A stretch of DNA of 32,000 bases from Desulfocapsa sulfexigens DSM 10523 (GCF_000341395.1 NC_020304.1:2070001-2102000), one strand, 5' to 3'. Shown: positions 9,203 to 19,384, counted from the stretch's first letter. Numbers and translations are program-made. Notes: generated by a model from the sequence alone, not told the origin.

Positions 9203-10135
9203 TCAGCCGCGGGGGTGAAACTTCTTGTGGATGGATTTCAGTCTTCCCTCATCAACGTGGGTGTAGATTTGGGTGGTGGTGATGTCAGAGTGGCCGAGCA
9301 TCATCTGCACAGAACGGAGGTCGGCGCCATGTGATAAGAGATGGGTTGCAAAGGAATGGCGGAGGCTGTGCGGGGAAACTTCTTCTGCGATTCCAGCAGC
9401 CCGTGCAGCTTCTTTGATGATCTGCCAGAATCGTAAACGTGTCATTCCTTTACCGCGATTGGTGACAAAGAGGGTGTTGCTGCGTCTCCCTTTCAGGATC
9501 AAGGGGCGGGATGAGTCGAGGTAGGTCACAATGGCTTCTTTTGCAGGAACGCCAAAGGGAATGAGCCGTTCTTTCTCACCTTTTCCAAGTACCCGGATAA
9601 AGCAGGATGTAAGGTTGCAGCTACCTACTGCAAGGGTAACCAGTTCCGTAACACGTAAGCCGGTGGAATAGAGGAGTTGCAGCATGGCATAGTTGCGCTG
9701 TAGCAGTGGCGTTGTAATCGGTGGCGGGCACAGCAGGCGGTTTACCTGTTCAATGGATAGTCCTTTGGGGAGGCTAAGTGCACTTTTAGGGCTTGTAATG
9801 TTGTTGAAAGGATTGACTGAGATAAGGTTTCGACCATGCAGGTACGAAAAAAAACTTTTTAAGGCTGATACTCTTCTGGCATTGCTGCGATGTGAGATCT
9901 GTCTGCTGCGGCACTGTTCAAAAAAAGTATGAATTGTTTTAGTGGTGACATCCTGCAGAGATTTCTTTTTTGTTGCCAGGAAAAGAAGGAAGGAATGAAT
10001 ATCGGCGTCGTAGGCAGTGATCGTGTTTTCTGCAAAGCGCTTCTCGGTAATCAGGTAATGGAGAAAGATCTCTTTTGCAGAAACGAACTCTTGTGGGAGG
10101 GGTTTTCCAGCGATGGCAGAGTAGAATGGAAATGA
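9203..10135 (-). CDS. xerD: Tyrosine recombinase, XerD-like; the start codon is unresolved
   Basis: The catalytic domain includes [24 protein letters not shown] and [15 protein letters not shown]. The same frame is open upstream to a TAA at 10169-10171 and encodes a typical core-binding domain ([29 protein letters not shown]...). It contains no ATG, GTG or TTG upstream of 9685, so the ORF track reports only 9203..9685. The end coordinate given here is the largest plausible extent. Confidence 0.75.
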   Translation of the reverse strand, partial: SFPFYSAIAGKPLPQEFVSAKEIFLHYLITEKRFAENTITAYDADIHSFLLFLATKKKSLQDVTTKTIHTFFEQCRSRQISHRSNARRVSALKSFFSYLHGRNLISVNPFNNITSPKSALSLPKGLSIEQVNRLLCPPPITTPLLQRNYAMLQLLYSTGLRVTELVTLAVGSCNLTSCFIRVLGKGEKERLIPFGVPAKEAIVTYLDSSRPLILKGRRSNTLFVTNRGKGMTRLRFWQIIKEAARAAGIAEEVSPHSLRHSFATHLLSHGADLRSVQMMLGHSDITTTQIYTHVDEGRLKSIHKKFHPRG

Positions 10136-10168
10136 TAAAACGCCCGTTGCCTGTTCAGGCGACGGGCG
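10132..10168 (-). terminator. Rho-independent terminator of rpsU
   Basis: On the minus strand the sequence reads CGCCCGTCGCC-TGAACA-GGCAACGGGCG, with 10 of 11 positions paired, followed by TTTTATCATTT. It begins 26 nt after the rpsU stop. Confidence 0.85.
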
Positions 10169-10193
10169 TTAGTGAAACAATGCTGTTTGGGGC

Positions 10194-10385
10194 TCAGCCG
10201 CGTCTGATACGGTTAAACTTACGGAGCTTGCGACGAGCTTCAGCCTGTTTGCGACGTTTTTTTACACTTGGTTTTTCGTAGTTCTCACGACGTTTTAGTT
10301 CTCTTTTTATTCCATCAATCTGCAGTTTCTTTTTCAGCTGCCTGATGGCATACTCAAGATCTCCACGAACTTCAACTTCTATCAT
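10194..10385 (-). CDS. rpsU: 30S ribosomal protein S21
   Basis: The sequence MIEVEVRGDLEYAIRQLKKKLQIDGIKRELKRRENYEKPS...RRKLRKF is typical of S21. The ATG at 10385 has GGAG 7 nt upstream. The ORF track's start at 10406 adds 7 residues that are unlikely to be real. Confidence 0.9.
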   Translation of the reverse strand: MIEVEVRGDLEYAIRQLKKKLQIDGIKRELKRRENYEKPSVKKRRKQAEARRKLRKFNRIRRG

Positions 10386-10481
10386 TTGGGGCTCCGTTAT
10401 CAACAATATTTACGAGAAATCCAGAAGCACGATACTTCAGATTTTCATTACAATTTTAAAAGTCACGACAGTAATCTTCCT

Positions 10482-10510
10482 TATATAAGAGAAACTTTTG
10501 CGTCTGTCAA
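10482..10510 (-). promoter_or_regulatory. Sigma-70 type promoter for rpsU
   Basis: On the minus strand there is a TTGACA (10510-10505), a 17-nt spacer and a TATATA (10487-10482). This lies about 95 nt upstream of the rpsU ATG and just downstream of the stop of the preceding gene. Confidence 0.55.
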
Positions 10511-10518
10511 TGGATTTT

Positions 10519-11925
10519 TCATACGGGTGATGGACCATTGTGTAGCTCTTCCGAGGGAAAAATTTTCCCTGGATTCATGATGTTGTTTTTATCAAACAAT
10601 TGCTTTAGTTGACGCATTACTGTGATACTGGTTCTGTTTAACTCTAGCGAAATGTAGGGGGACTTGGTTATTCCAATGCCATGTTCCCCGGAGAGGGTTC
10701 CTCCCATACTGAGGACTTTTTTGAAAAGTGCCATTTTGGCATTTGCAGCTTTCTGTTTTTCTTTCGGCGAGTTGTCTGCAGCCAGAATATTGACATGGAT
10801 GTTTCCGTCCCCGGCATGGCCAAAGGTGAGGATGGTGATTGTGAGTTTCTGTGCAAGGTCTTCACAGAATCCTACCAGTTCCGGGATAAGACTGCGCGGT
10901 ACGACAACGTCTTCACTGGTTTTGTGAGGGCTGATTTTGTGGGTGGCAGGAGAGATGGAACGTCTTGCTTTCCAGATTTCCTGGATTTCATCTTCTGTCG
11001 CAGCCTGTTTTATGTTGCAGTACTTTTCAGCTGCAATTAAACGTTTGAGGTGTTCAGCCTGTTCCTCTACCTTCTGTCTGCTGCCGTCAATCTCGATGAT
11101 GAGCATGGCTTGAATGTCTGCTGGCAGTCTGGAGGGCAGGATATCCGAGACAACCTGAAGAGCAGTTTTGTCCATGTATTCGAGCGTGCAGGGAAGAATG
11201 TTCTGCTGCAGAATTTTGGCCACAAATTCTGTTGCCTGTTGCAGGGATGTGGAGCTAAGGAGAAACGTTTCTTTGTGTTCAGGCAGAGGTAAAAGTCTGG
11301 TGATAATTTTGGTGATAATACCAAGAGTGCCTTCTGAACCGATAAAAAGGCGGGTAAGGTCATAACCCACAACGCCTTTTTCTGTACGGGTTCCCGTCGT
11401 AAGGACTTCGCCGTTTGCAAGTACTACCTCAAGTCCGATAATGGAGTCTTTGGTTACACCATATTTTATAGCAGAGGGGCCTCCTGCGCATTCTGCAACA
11501 TTACCACCAATGGTACAGAATTTGAGACTGGCTGGATCGGGAGCGTACATGAGTTTATGTCCCTGCAGGATCTTCTGAAATGTTCCCGTGATGACTCCCG
11601 GTTCGACAATGGCAATCTGGTTGTCAGTGTCAATCTCAAGGATACGGTTTAGTCGCATGCAGCTGAGTACTATGCCCCCCTGGGTTGGGAGTGAGCCACC
11701 TGTTGTCCCACTGCCGGCGCCCCGTGCAACAATAGGGATGCAATGGGTGTTGGCCAGTTTTGCAAGGTTTGCAACCTGTTCCACCGTATCCGGGTGGACC
11801 ACAGCATCCGGGAGAAATGTTTGTTTGCTGTTGTCGTAAGAGTAGCAGTGCAGCTCCTCTATCTCTCTACTACAGTGTTCTGGGCCAACGATATCGATGA
11901 TTTCTTGGAAAATGGTAGTATTCAT
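10519..11925 (-). CDS. FAD-binding oxidoreductase, GlcD / D-lactate dehydrogenase (FAD-linked oxidase) family
   Basis: 468 aa. The FAD_binding_4 type N-terminus reads PDAVVHPDTVEQV...IPIVARGAGSGTTGGSLP...GGIVLS...ILEID...VEPGV. The C-terminal segment GTLSGEHGIGITK is typical of the family. Confidence 0.85.
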   Translation of the reverse strand: MNTTIFQEIIDIVGPEHCSREIEELHCYSYDNSKQTFLPDAVVHPDTVEQVANLAKLANTHCIPIVARGAGSGTTGGSLPTQGGIVLSCMRLNRILEIDTDNQIAIVEPGVITGTFQKILQGHKLMYAPDPASLKFCTIGGNVAECAGGPSAIKYGVTKDSIIGLEVVLANGEVLTTGTRTEKGVVGYDLTRLFIGSEGTLGIITKIITRLLPLPEHKETFLLSSTSLQQATEFVAKILQQNILPCTLEYMDKTALQVVSDILPSRLPADIQAMLIIEIDGSRQKVEEQAEHLKRLIAAEKYCNIKQAATEDEIQEIWKARRSISPATHKISPHKTSEDVVVPRSLIPELVGFCEDLAQKLTITILTFGHAGDGNIHVNILAADNSPKEKQKAANAKMALFKKVLSMGGTLSGEHGIGITKSPYISLELNRTSITVMRQLKQLFDKNNIMNPGKIFPSEELHNGPSPV

Positions 11926-12061
11926 CTGACCATGTTACTCTGGAGTTACAGAAAAAAAAAGTAAGGAATTGTCGCCTATTCTGGAATTTTCTGTGTTCCT
12001 GGGGTAAGGTAGCGCTGAGAATGTACAGGATAGTGAATAGCTTAAGATCGAGGAATGTATA

Positions 12062-13003
12062 GTGAAAGATAAGAAAATTCGTGTGGCCCTTCTCGCTGGT
12101 GGGGCATCTGGAGAGCGAGAGGTATCTTTGGCCGGTGCTGCAGGTTTTGAAGATGCCATAGATCGTGATAAATATGAGTTGCGTCGCTATGATACAAAGA
12201 GCGATCTCGGTAAGCTCGCAGAAGATGCAGCGGATATCGATGTCGCCTTTATTCTTCTCCATGGTATTCATGGCGAAGACGGGACGGTACAGGGGTATCT
12301 TGACCTTCTTGGTATTCCCTATCAGGGATCTGGGGTTCTCGGCAGTGCCCTCGCTATGGATAAAAATATGGCTAAGGTTCTGTATCGCTTGAATGGATTG
12401 CCGGTGGCTGATTGGGTAATGGCCAGCCATGGAGATATTGAAAACCCCGGTCGGATTCTTGAAACGTTGAATTTTCCACTGGTCATCAAGCCGATCCGTG
12501 AAGGGTCAAGTCTTGGCATGAGTGTTGCCAGAAATGTTGAAGAGCTGCAACGAGGAATTGAAATTGCTTACCAACACGATTCCGAGGTTATGGTGGAGCA
12601 GTTTGTGAGTGGCAGGGAGATTACGGTTGGAGTGCTGGGGAATGAGAAGTTGTCAGCACTACCTTTGATAGAGATCATTCCCGGCGATGAGTATCCGTTT
12701 TTTGACTATACCGCAAAGTACAAAAAAGGTGCATCAAATGAAATCTGTCCGGCAGATGTGAAAGAAGAGGTGTCTATTCTGGCGAAAGAATATGCCGTAG
12801 CAGCGCACAGAGTGTTGCAGCTGCGAGGGTATTCACGGACGGACATGATGCTGGCATCCGATGGTGCTTTGTATATTCTTGAGACGAATACCATTCCGGG
12901 AATGACCCCTACGAGTCTTCTGCCTCAAGCTGCTAAAGAGTTTGGACTGAATTTTACCGAACTTATTGATACGCTTTTGCAGCTTGCTTTAGAGAAGGAA
13001 TAA
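12062..13003 (+). CDS. ddl: D-alanine--D-alanine ligase
   Basis: GTG start with GAGGAA 6-7 nt upstream. Motifs seen: IRVALLAGGASGEREVSL, LHGIHGEDGTVQGYLDLLGIPYQGSG, an ATP-grasp core (VIKPIREGSSLGMSV) and ILETNTIPGMT. Confidence 0.92.
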   Translation: MKDKKIRVALLAGGASGEREVSLAGAAGFEDAIDRDKYELRRYDTKSDLGKLAEDAADIDVAFILLHGIHGEDGTVQGYLDLLGIPYQGSGVLGSALAMDKNMAKVLYRLNGLPVADWVMASHGDIENPGRILETLNFPLVIKPIREGSSLGMSVARNVEELQRGIEIAYQHDSEVMVEQFVSGREITVGVLGNEKLSALPLIEIIPGDEYPFFDYTAKYKKGASNEICPADVKEEVSILAKEYAVAAHRVLQLRGYSRTDMMLASDGALYILETNTIPGMTPTSLLPQAAKEFGLNFTELIDTLLQLALEKE

Positions 13004-13015
13004 TTTTTCTGTATA

Positions 13016-14263
13016 TTAATTGTTTTCAAGGAAGCAGCGCATATGGTCACTGCGCGCCGGGTGTCTGAGGCGTTTTAATGCCTCCTGCTCGATCTGGCGA
13101 ATGCGTTCCCGTGAGACGTTGAATTGTTTGCCCACCTCATCCAGGGTGCATTCGCACCTTCCATCAAGTCCAAAACGAAGGCGAAGTACCTGAGCTTCTC
13201 TGCTGCTTAATGTGTCAAGAATGCTGTCTATCTGTTTGCGAAGGTCTGAGGTTATGGCAATATCGTCAGGCAGACAGGCCTTGTCGTTTGCGAGAAGGCT
13301 CATCAGGTTTTGACTGTTATCTCCAACTGGTTCTTCAAGTGATACGGGATCCATGCTGGTCTCTATGATGGAAAGTATTTTGTCATGATCCATATAGGTG
13401 TTTTGGCTCAACTCCAGCATTGTGGGTTTTCTTCCGAGTTGTTTGCGTAATCCACTGAATGTTTTGTTGAAGTGGTTGCGTGAGACAAGAAAATGGGCAG
13501 GAAGTTTTATGGTTCTGGTTTTTTCCGGTATTGCTCTGGTGATTGCCTGTCGTATCCACCATGAGGCATAGGTTGAAAATCTTCTTCCGGTATTATGGTC
13601 AAAACGGAAAACTGCACGCATTAAGCCAATACATCCTTCCTGGATAAGATCGGCCAGGCTTAATCCTCTGTCCGTGTATCTTTTGGCAATGGAGCAGACA
13701 AGGCGCAGGTTGGCGGTTATAATGATATTTTTTGCTTCTTCGATTTCATGGGCCAGTATTTTGAACTGCTCACAGAGGTAATGGGTGCCGTCATCGTCCG
13801 AAGAGCCGTCGCAGGTGGATTCAAGAGTGGCTATTATGTGGTCGAGTCGACGTTTGCCTGGCTTGATTGGGTTGTCTTTTTTCTCCCATGCCTGCACAGT
13901 TTTTTGAAGTTGGGTTATTTTAGGAGATGAGGTGTGGATTTTTTTGACGCTCTGGACAATGGCGCAAAAATTATCCCTGATTGCTTTTGTATGTTTGATT
14001 TCGTCCTCGTGGCTGAGGAGTCGTTCGGATTGGAGCTGCTGGGCCACCAGGGACGGTGGTTGCCTGTCGTGCGCAGTGTGGTAGGTGGGTTGCAGGAGCT
14101 CGGTCGATGCTGTCTCGGAGAGAGTGTCGTCAGCTATATGTGTCATTACGCATTTCCGTAGGTAGATGATTTGGTGGTAAGAGTTTTTTTTAAGATAACA
14201 AGCAACAATTGTACCATTGGACATTGGTCGCTGTGTTTTTGTTTTATTTCCCTGATTTAGCAT
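13016..14263 (-). CDS. Sigma-70 family RNA polymerase sigma factor (RpoD-like, group 2-like, with no region 1.1)
   Basis: Region 1.2 is [14 protein letters not shown]. Region 2 is [12 protein letters not shown]...[17 protein letters not shown]...[17 protein letters not shown]. Region 4.2 is [28 protein letters not shown]. The start is uncertain: 14263, or the ATG at 14146 (MTHIADD...). Confidence 0.85.
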   Translation of the reverse strand: MLNQGNKTKTQRPMSNGTIVACYLKKNSYHQIIYLRKCVMTHIADDTLSETASTELLQPTYHTAHDRQPPSLVAQQLQSERLLSHEDEIKHTKAIRDNFCAIVQSVKKIHTSSPKITQLQKTVQAWEKKDNPIKPGKRRLDHIIATLESTCDGSSDDDGTHYLCEQFKILAHEIEEAKNIIITANLRLVCSIAKRYTDRGLSLADLIQEGCIGLMRAVFRFDHNTGRRFSTYASWWIRQAITRAIPEKTRTIKLPAHFLVSRNHFNKTFSGLRKQLGRKPTMLELSQNTYMDHDKILSIIETSMDPVSLEEPVGDNSQNLMSLLANDKACLPDDIAITSDLRKQIDSILDTLSSREAQVLRLRFGLDGRCECTLDEVGKQFNVSRERIRQIEQEALKRLRHPARSDHMRCFLENN

Positions 14264-14451
14264 GTTTTTTTATAGTGTGAAAGCCTTGGTGGTTGAAGGG
14301 TGCCTGTCAGAAAATTGACAACTTTGTTTCCCTATAATTTTCCAGTGTAATTTTTTGTGTCACTTTTTCCCCATCCTATTTTGACAGGGTTCTTCATGGT
14401 AAGAGAGTCTCATGTAAATGTCCTCTGTATCAAATCCTGTTTACGGAAAAG

Positions 14452-16062
14452 ATGAAAGGGTGTAAAGTTAGTTGCAATCGTAAAGTAAGTTTTCGTTATA
14501 TGGGAAAGGTGAAAGAAAAAAGACATATGGAATCGGTAAAAACACTTTCGTTACTGCAGCAGCGCCTTACACATGTGAGCGGCAGCTGGTCCGTTGATGA
14601 ATACAACTCATTGATAACATTTTACATCAGAATTCTTCCAAGGTTGATGGAGGTGGAGCGTTGCACGATTTTCCTCAAGGAACCTGGCGCGGAGTCATTG
14701 TTGTCAATGCATGGTACAGGACTTGAGTCCAATGTCATAGAAGCCCCCCTGGAAGGGAGTATTGTTGGTCGAGTTATAGCCGGGGGACAGAGCGTTATTG
14801 AAAATAATCTTCGGGTAAAGAATGGCTACCATCATGAGGCAGACGAGCAGACAGGATTTCAAAGTCGGAATACACTGTGCACCCCCATACACAATGTCTC
14901 GAGTAATAAGGTGCTTGGGGTTATTCAGCTCTTAAATAGCCTGGGGAGCGATTTTTTTGACGGTGAGCAGCAAAAAGAGCTTGAAGAAATTGCAGGTTAC
15001 CTGTCGATTTCCATTGAATCCATTCTACTGAAGAAGAAGATAGCGAGCATTGCCAGGGAGTTTGACAGTGAGGTGACCCGTCTGGAATTTGATGCTGTTA
15101 CAGATGGACGTTTTATCGCCGAGAGTCCTGCGATGCGTGAAGTTTTGGATTTGGTACTGGTTCTTCGGGACACACCGGTAAATGTTTTGATTCAGGGAGA
15201 GAATGGAACAGGAAAAGAACTTGTGGCTAAAATGATTCACGAAAATGCTGGAAAAGATGGCCGCCCTTTTATTCCGGTTAACTGCGCCTGTCTTCCGGAG
15301 GCATTGGTTGAAAGTGAATTCTTTGGTCATGAAAAGGGGGCATTTACCGGTGCTGACAGAAGTCGTAAGGGCCGTTTTGAAGAGGCAAAGGGCGGTGTTC
15401 TCTTTCTTGATGAAATAGGAGAGATGCCGCTTATTGTACAGCCTAAATTTCTTCGTGCTATTCAGGAGCAGGAAGGGTCGCGGCTCGGCAGCAGTGATAT
15501 TATTCCATATGATGTACGTCTTATTTCAGCAACCAATCGAAATCTGGCAAAAGAAGTCGAAAAAGGAAGATTTCGTGAGGATCTGTTTTTCAGGATTTTT
15601 TCAGTGGAGATTGAGATTCCGCCCCTACGGGAAAGGAAAGAGGACATTTTGCCCCTTGCCCTTTCATTTCTTGAAGATACCAACCGGAAATTTAAAAAAA
15701 ATGTGGCCGGGTTCAGCCCTGATCTGCTGGCACTGCTGGAAGAGTATCCCTGGCCTGGAAATGTTCGGCAGTTGTTAAAGGAAGTGGAACGACTGGTGGC
15801 ACTCACAAAAGATAATCTTATCATGGAGGTTGAAACCTGTTCCCGGGAATTACTTGCCTTTTCCCGTTCGAATTATGTCGGAGATGCAGCAGCTGCCAGT
15901 GATGGTTACTCCCTGCCTGATCAGGTGACAGCCCTTGAAAAACGACTGATCCATAAAGCTATGAAAAAAGCGGCTGGGAATAAAACCCAGGCCGCCGGAC
16001 TTTTACACATCACCCGACAGGGGCTGTTGAAAAAAATTAAACGATATGAGTTGATGCTGTGA
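14452..16062 (+). CDS. Sigma-54-dependent transcriptional activator with a GAF sensor, an AAA+ domain and a Fis-type HTH
   Basis: The N-terminal region is GAF-like. Walker A is GENGTGKE, the GAFTGA loop is EKGAFTGA, Walker B is LFLDEIGE, and the arginine-finger region is ATNRNL...FREDLFFR. The C-terminal HTH is [20 protein letters not shown]. Alternative starts lie at 14500 and 14527. Confidence 0.9.
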   Translation: MKGCKVSCNRKVSFRYMGKVKEKRHMESVKTLSLLQQRLTHVSGSWSVDEYNSLITFYIRILPRLMEVERCTIFLKEPGAESLLSMHGTGLESNVIEAPLEGSIVGRVIAGGQSVIENNLRVKNGYHHEADEQTGFQSRNTLCTPIHNVSSNKVLGVIQLLNSLGSDFFDGEQQKELEEIAGYLSISIESILLKKKIASIAREFDSEVTRLEFDAVTDGRFIAESPAMREVLDLVLVLRDTPVNVLIQGENGTGKELVAKMIHENAGKDGRPFIPVNCACLPEALVESEFFGHEKGAFTGADRSRKGRFEEAKGGVLFLDEIGEMPLIVQPKFLRAIQEQEGSRLGSSDIIPYDVRLISATNRNLAKEVEKGRFREDLFFRIFSVEIEIPPLRERKEDILPLALSFLEDTNRKFKKNVAGFSPDLLALLEEYPWPGNVRQLLKEVERLVALTKDNLIMEVETCSRELLAFSRSNYVGDAAAASDGYSLPDQVTALEKRLIHKAMKKAAGNKTQAAGLLHITRQGLLKKIKRYELML

Positions 16063-16118
16063 TTACTTCGCAACAAGCTCTCTGCTACCCTATCCTTTGA
16101 TCCTTTACGTCACGGCCA

Positions 16119-17396
16119 CTAAAATCGTTTTTCAAAATAGGGTTTCAGTACGTCGGGAACAATCACAGTGCCATCCTCCTGCTGATAATTTTCAAGAATG
16201 GCCAGCAGTGTCCTGCCTACAGCCAATCCTGAACCATTGAGTGTATGGACCAACTTGCTCTTTTTTTGACCATTTGGCCTATAGCGGATTCCACCACGTC
16301 GCGCCTGGAAATCGAGAAAGTTTGAACAGGAAGAGATTTCCCGGTAAGTATTCTGGCCTGGCAGCCAGACTTCGATATCGTAGGTCTTGGTGGAAGAGAA
16401 TCCCAGGTCGCCACTGCAGAGTGTAACCACCCGATAGTGTAAGCCCAGTAATTGTAAAACTTCTTCGGCGTCGGCCAGAAGAGATTCCAGTTCCTGGGCA
16501 GAAGTTTCGGGTGTGGTGAATTTCACAAGTTCCACCTTGTCAAACTGGTGCTGCCTGATCAGTCCCTTGGTGTCCCTGCCGTAAGAACCGGCTTCAGACC
16601 TGAAACAGGGGGTGTAGGCGGTAAATTTAACTGGCAGTTGGTTTTCATCCAGTGTTTCATCCCGGTAAATGTTGGTGACAGGTACTTCCGCTGTGGGGAT
16701 AAGGTACAGGTCCCAGTCTTTAATGGCAAAGAGGTCCTCAGCAAATTTGGGAAGCTGGCCGGTTGCTGTCATGGATGCGCTGTTTACCAAAAACGGAGGA
16801 AGGACTTCTTCGTAGCCATGTTTCTGGGTATGCAGATCAAGCATGAAGTTGGTCAGTGCCCGTTCCATCTTGGAGGCAAATCCTTTAAGGAGAGCAAATC
16901 GTGCCCCCGAAAGCTTGGCTGCCCGTTCAAAGTCGAGAATATCCAGATCTTCACCAACTTCCCAGTGGGGTTTTGGCTCGAAGGAAAATACGGGTTTGTC
17001 ACCCCATGTTTTAAACTCAACGTTGGCGCTATCGTCATCTCCCTTTGGGACATCATCGCTACAGAGGTTCGGGATGGAGAGGACAAGATCCTGCAGACTG
17101 TCCTGGATCTCACCAAGTTCTTTGTCCAGTTCTTTGATTCTTTCCGAAGCTTTACGCATTTCAGGAATGAGAGTATCAGCCTGTTTTTTGTCCTCGTCAC
17201 TGCCCTGTTTGAGCTGAGCAATTTCTTTCGAGGCAATATTTCGTTTGTTTTTGAGGCTTTCCACCTCTTGAAGCAGGTCCAGTCGTTTCTGGTCAACTGA
17301 GGCAAACTCATCAACTTTATCTGTGGGGATACCTCTATGGGCAGTTTTTTTACGTACGAGATCCAGGTTTTCTCTAATAAAACGAAGTTCTAGCAT
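16119..17396 (-). CDS. serS: Serine--tRNA ligase
   Basis: 425 aa with an N-terminal coiled-coil arm. Class II motifs are present ([50 protein letters not shown]). Confidence 0.95.
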   Translation of the reverse strand: MLELRFIRENLDLVRKKTAHRGIPTDKVDEFASVDQKRLDLLQEVESLKNKRNIASKEIAQLKQGSDEDKKQADTLIPEMRKASERIKELDKELGEIQDSLQDLVLSIPNLCSDDVPKGDDDSANVEFKTWGDKPVFSFEPKPHWEVGEDLDILDFERAAKLSGARFALLKGFASKMERALTNFMLDLHTQKHGYEEVLPPFLVNSASMTATGQLPKFAEDLFAIKDWDLYLIPTAEVPVTNIYRDETLDENQLPVKFTAYTPCFRSEAGSYGRDTKGLIRQHQFDKVELVKFTTPETSAQELESLLADAEEVLQLLGLHYRVVTLCSGDLGFSSTKTYDIEVWLPGQNTYREISSCSNFLDFQARRGGIRYRPNGQKKSKLVHTLNGSGLAVGRTLLAILENYQQEDGTVIVPDVLKPYFEKRF

Positions 17397-17616
17397 GGTA
17401 GGTTATTTCTCAGTATTTATGAGGGGTGTTTTTCCCTTCAGTCTTTGGTCTTCAGCCTGCGCAGTTAATTACTCGGATTTGTGACTATTCTGACAGGGAT
17501 ATATATTCCCCTTGCAGTCTCCAGTATACCTGTTTAGCATGGCTGAAATTTGAAATCAACCTCTATCAAATTGCTTTTAGAAAAGCCATCTGCTATCCTG
17601 TCCGGGAAACGTATTG

Positions 17617-18357
17617 ATGGTGTCACCACCAAGCGAAAACAGGAGAGAGGTTCTGGAAACACTGGATCGGCATAATACCCTTGTGATATTTCTTACCGAA
17701 TTGAGAAAATCAGTTCGTGGCCTTGGGATAAGCGTTATTATTGCTACTGTAGGGATATTTTTTCTTTCTCCCGAATTGCTGAAGTTTGTCCAGAATCATC
17801 TCGCTGATAAACTCTATTTTTTCTCAGTTGCCGGTCCCTTTCTGGCCCACGTTAAACTGGCCATGTTTGCTGCCCTGTATGTGATTATGCCGTGGATCAT
17901 GGCAGTACTCTGGCGTGCCATGGGGAAACCTTTCGGGGTGGAGGGAGGGCAGCTTTTTTTCTTTGTTCTTTTTACCTGCATGCTTTTTTACGCTGGCACC
18001 CTTTTTTGCTACTTTATAACACTTCCCTTTGGCATCAGTTTTCTTCTTGGCTTTGGCTCAGCGGATCTGCAACCGGTTATTTCCATCGGTCGGTTTGTGA
18101 ACTTTACAACCATCTTTATTCTGGCATTCGGGGTGATTTTTGAGCTTCCCATGTTTATGGTTTTTCTGGCGAAGGTAGGAGTGCTGACGAGGGGGTTTTA
18201 TGAGAGAAACAGGCGTTATGCTCTATTGCTTATTGCGATTCTTGCTGCCCTGTTGACCCCCACTCCCGATGTTGTGAATATGTTGCTTATGGGTGGGCCT
18301 TTATATTTTTTATATGAGGGCGGCATTATTATTCTTCGTATTATGCGGATTCAATAA
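17617..18357 (+). CDS. tatC: Twin-arginine translocase subunit TatC
   Basis: Six predicted TM segments. The sequence LTELRKS... followed by TPTPDVVNM is typical of TatC. I prefer the ATG at 17617 over the TTG at 17614 used by the track. Confidence 0.88.
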   Translation: MVSPPSENRREVLETLDRHNTLVIFLTELRKSVRGLGISVIIATVGIFFLSPELLKFVQNHLADKLYFFSVAGPFLAHVKLAMFAALYVIMPWIMAVLWRAMGKPFGVEGGQLFFFVLFTCMLFYAGTLFCYFITLPFGISFLLGFGSADLQPVISIGRFVNFTTIFILAFGVIFELPMFMVFLAKVGVLTRGFYERNRRYALLLIAILAALLTPTPDVVNMLLMGGPLYFLYEGGIIILRIMRIQ

Positions 18358-18360
18358 CCC

Positions 18361-18786
18361 TTACTGGAATTCATAAAGCTTGAATCCGTGATTTTTTAGC
18401 AGAGCGGCGGTAACGCCAATGGTTCCTGATACTGCACAGGATGGACTTTTGGCTTTTAAACAAACACCTTGTATCGGGTGAGCATTCGCGATCTGAAGGG
18501 TCTGTTTGGCCCCTTGTATAAAGGAGGCGGTTATATCATCACCTTCCTTGGTGCAGACTGTGGCTTTTCCTTCAAGGACATCATGGCCGTTGCCATCGAT
18601 AATTTCAGCAGCTGGTCGGGGGGTGGGCAGACCACCTAACTGTTCAGGACAGACAGGAATCCAGATGCTGTTTTTCAAAAACTCTTTGCAGGTTTCGTGA
18701 CTCTTTAGTGCTCCGTCATAGCGGGTGCAGAGCCCTACGAGGCAGGCGCTGACGAGATAGAGTGGTTTTGTTGTTGAGTTACTCAT
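18361..18786 (-). CDS. DUF523 (YbbK-like) domain protein
   Basis: SACLVGLCTRYDG...CPEQLGGLPTPRPAAEI matches my memory of DUF523. I prefer the ATG at 18786 because the 18867 start would overlap the divergent ftsB start. Confidence 0.7.
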   Translation of the reverse strand: MSNSTTKPLYLVSACLVGLCTRYDGALKSHETCKEFLKNSIWIPVCPEQLGGLPTPRPAAEIIDGNGHDVLEGKATVCTKEGDDITASFIQGAKQTLQIANAHPIQGVCLKAKSPSCAVSGTIGVTAALLKNHGFKLYEFQ

Positions 18787-18846
18787 ATATGGTTCAGTTA
18801 GTAGAAGGAATTTCTTGTTTTTTTGATCTGATGTATTGATGATATA

Positions 18847-19185
18847 ATGGCCTGGAAACGAAAACAAAAACCTAAAACAGTTATGTCGCCGCTACAACGT
18901 AAAAGGTTGTTGCGTATATCATGTACCATGATTGTTTGTGTTCTGCTATGGGTGGTCTTTGCACCAGGGAGAGGCCTGTATCATCTTCGTCAGCAGAAAA
19001 AGCATATTGCGATGCTTAATGCCGAACGACAGATGCTGACTCAACAGAATGATGAAATAACAAAAGATATAGAACGGCTACGTAACGATCAGGAATATCT
19101 GGAGCAGGTGGCAAGAGAAGAACATGGAATGTTGAGAGAAAATGAGATTGTTTTTGATTTCAGTAGAAAGAAAAAAGAGGAGTGA
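18847..19185 (+). CDS. ftsB: Septum formation initiator family protein (FtsB/DivIC-like)
   Basis: A single N-terminal TM (ISCTMIVCVLLWVVFA) is followed by a coiled coil, then EYLEQVAREEHGMLRENEIVF, the typical family C-terminus. An alternative start lies at 18883. Confidence 0.75.
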   Translation: MAWKRKQKPKTVMSPLQRKRLLRISCTMIVCVLLWVVFAPGRGLYHLRQQKKHIAMLNAERQMLTQQNDEITKDIERLRNDQEYLEQVAREEHGMLRENEIVFDFSRKKKEE

Positions 19186-19210
19186 TAAAAGACTGTTGTC
19201 AACAGTCTTT
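19186..19210 (+). terminator. Intrinsic terminator of ftsB (perfect palindrome)
   Basis: AAAAGACTGTTG-T-CAACAGTCTTTT begins immediately after the TGA at 19183-19185. Confidence 0.7.
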
Positions 19211-19353
19211 TATCTGCTCCAGATCGGTAAATGAGCTGTTACTCAATTAAGGTACTTCCTTTGAAGGGAAATACAACTGAGTGCTTTCATGAAGTTCTTT
19301 TCAAAGAACGCACGAGATATGTGTAAACTTTGAAAGACTTTTTGTTGTATTTA

Positions 19354-19372
19354 AAAAGCCACACGGGCTTTT
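19354..19372 (-). terminator. Weak terminator-like hairpin downstream of the zinc-ribbon gene
   Basis: On the minus strand the sequence reads AAAAGCC-cgtgt-GGCTTTT followed by TAAAT. The stem has only 3 GC pairs. Confidence 0.3.
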
Positions 19373-19384
19373 CAACTGCTACGC

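Noticed and set aside
9203-10171. The tyrosine recombinase as a marker of an integrated mobile element
   Set aside because: The sequence is XerD-type ([25 protein letters not shown]...HPR) in a housekeeping context, between rpsU and the nucleotidyltransferase gene. I saw no flanking direct repeats, no tRNA and no phage or transposon genes.
11870-12430. 186-aa ORF on the - strand spanning the glcD-like/ddl intergenic region and the 5' part of ddl
   Set aside because: It overlaps the well-supported ddl gene in antisense and crosses a divergent promoter region. No motif is present.
14315-14338. Perfect TTGACA and TATAAT hexamers upstream of the sigma54 activator gene
   Set aside because: The spacer is only 12 nt, against an optimum of 17, so this pair cannot act as a standard sigma70 promoter.
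16548-17300. 250-aa ORF on the + strand inside serS, along with other ORFs of 60-150 aa antisense to serS
   Set aside because: It lies entirely antisense to a confidently identified serS. Its translation is low-complexity with no motif. This is a typical shadow ORF.
17426-17617. 63-aa ORF filling the serS-tatC intergenic region, considered as a possible TatA/TatB
   Set aside because: It has no TatA/B hallmarks: no N-terminal TM followed by F-G and an amphipathic helix. It is Cys-rich with odd composition and spans a divergent promoter region.
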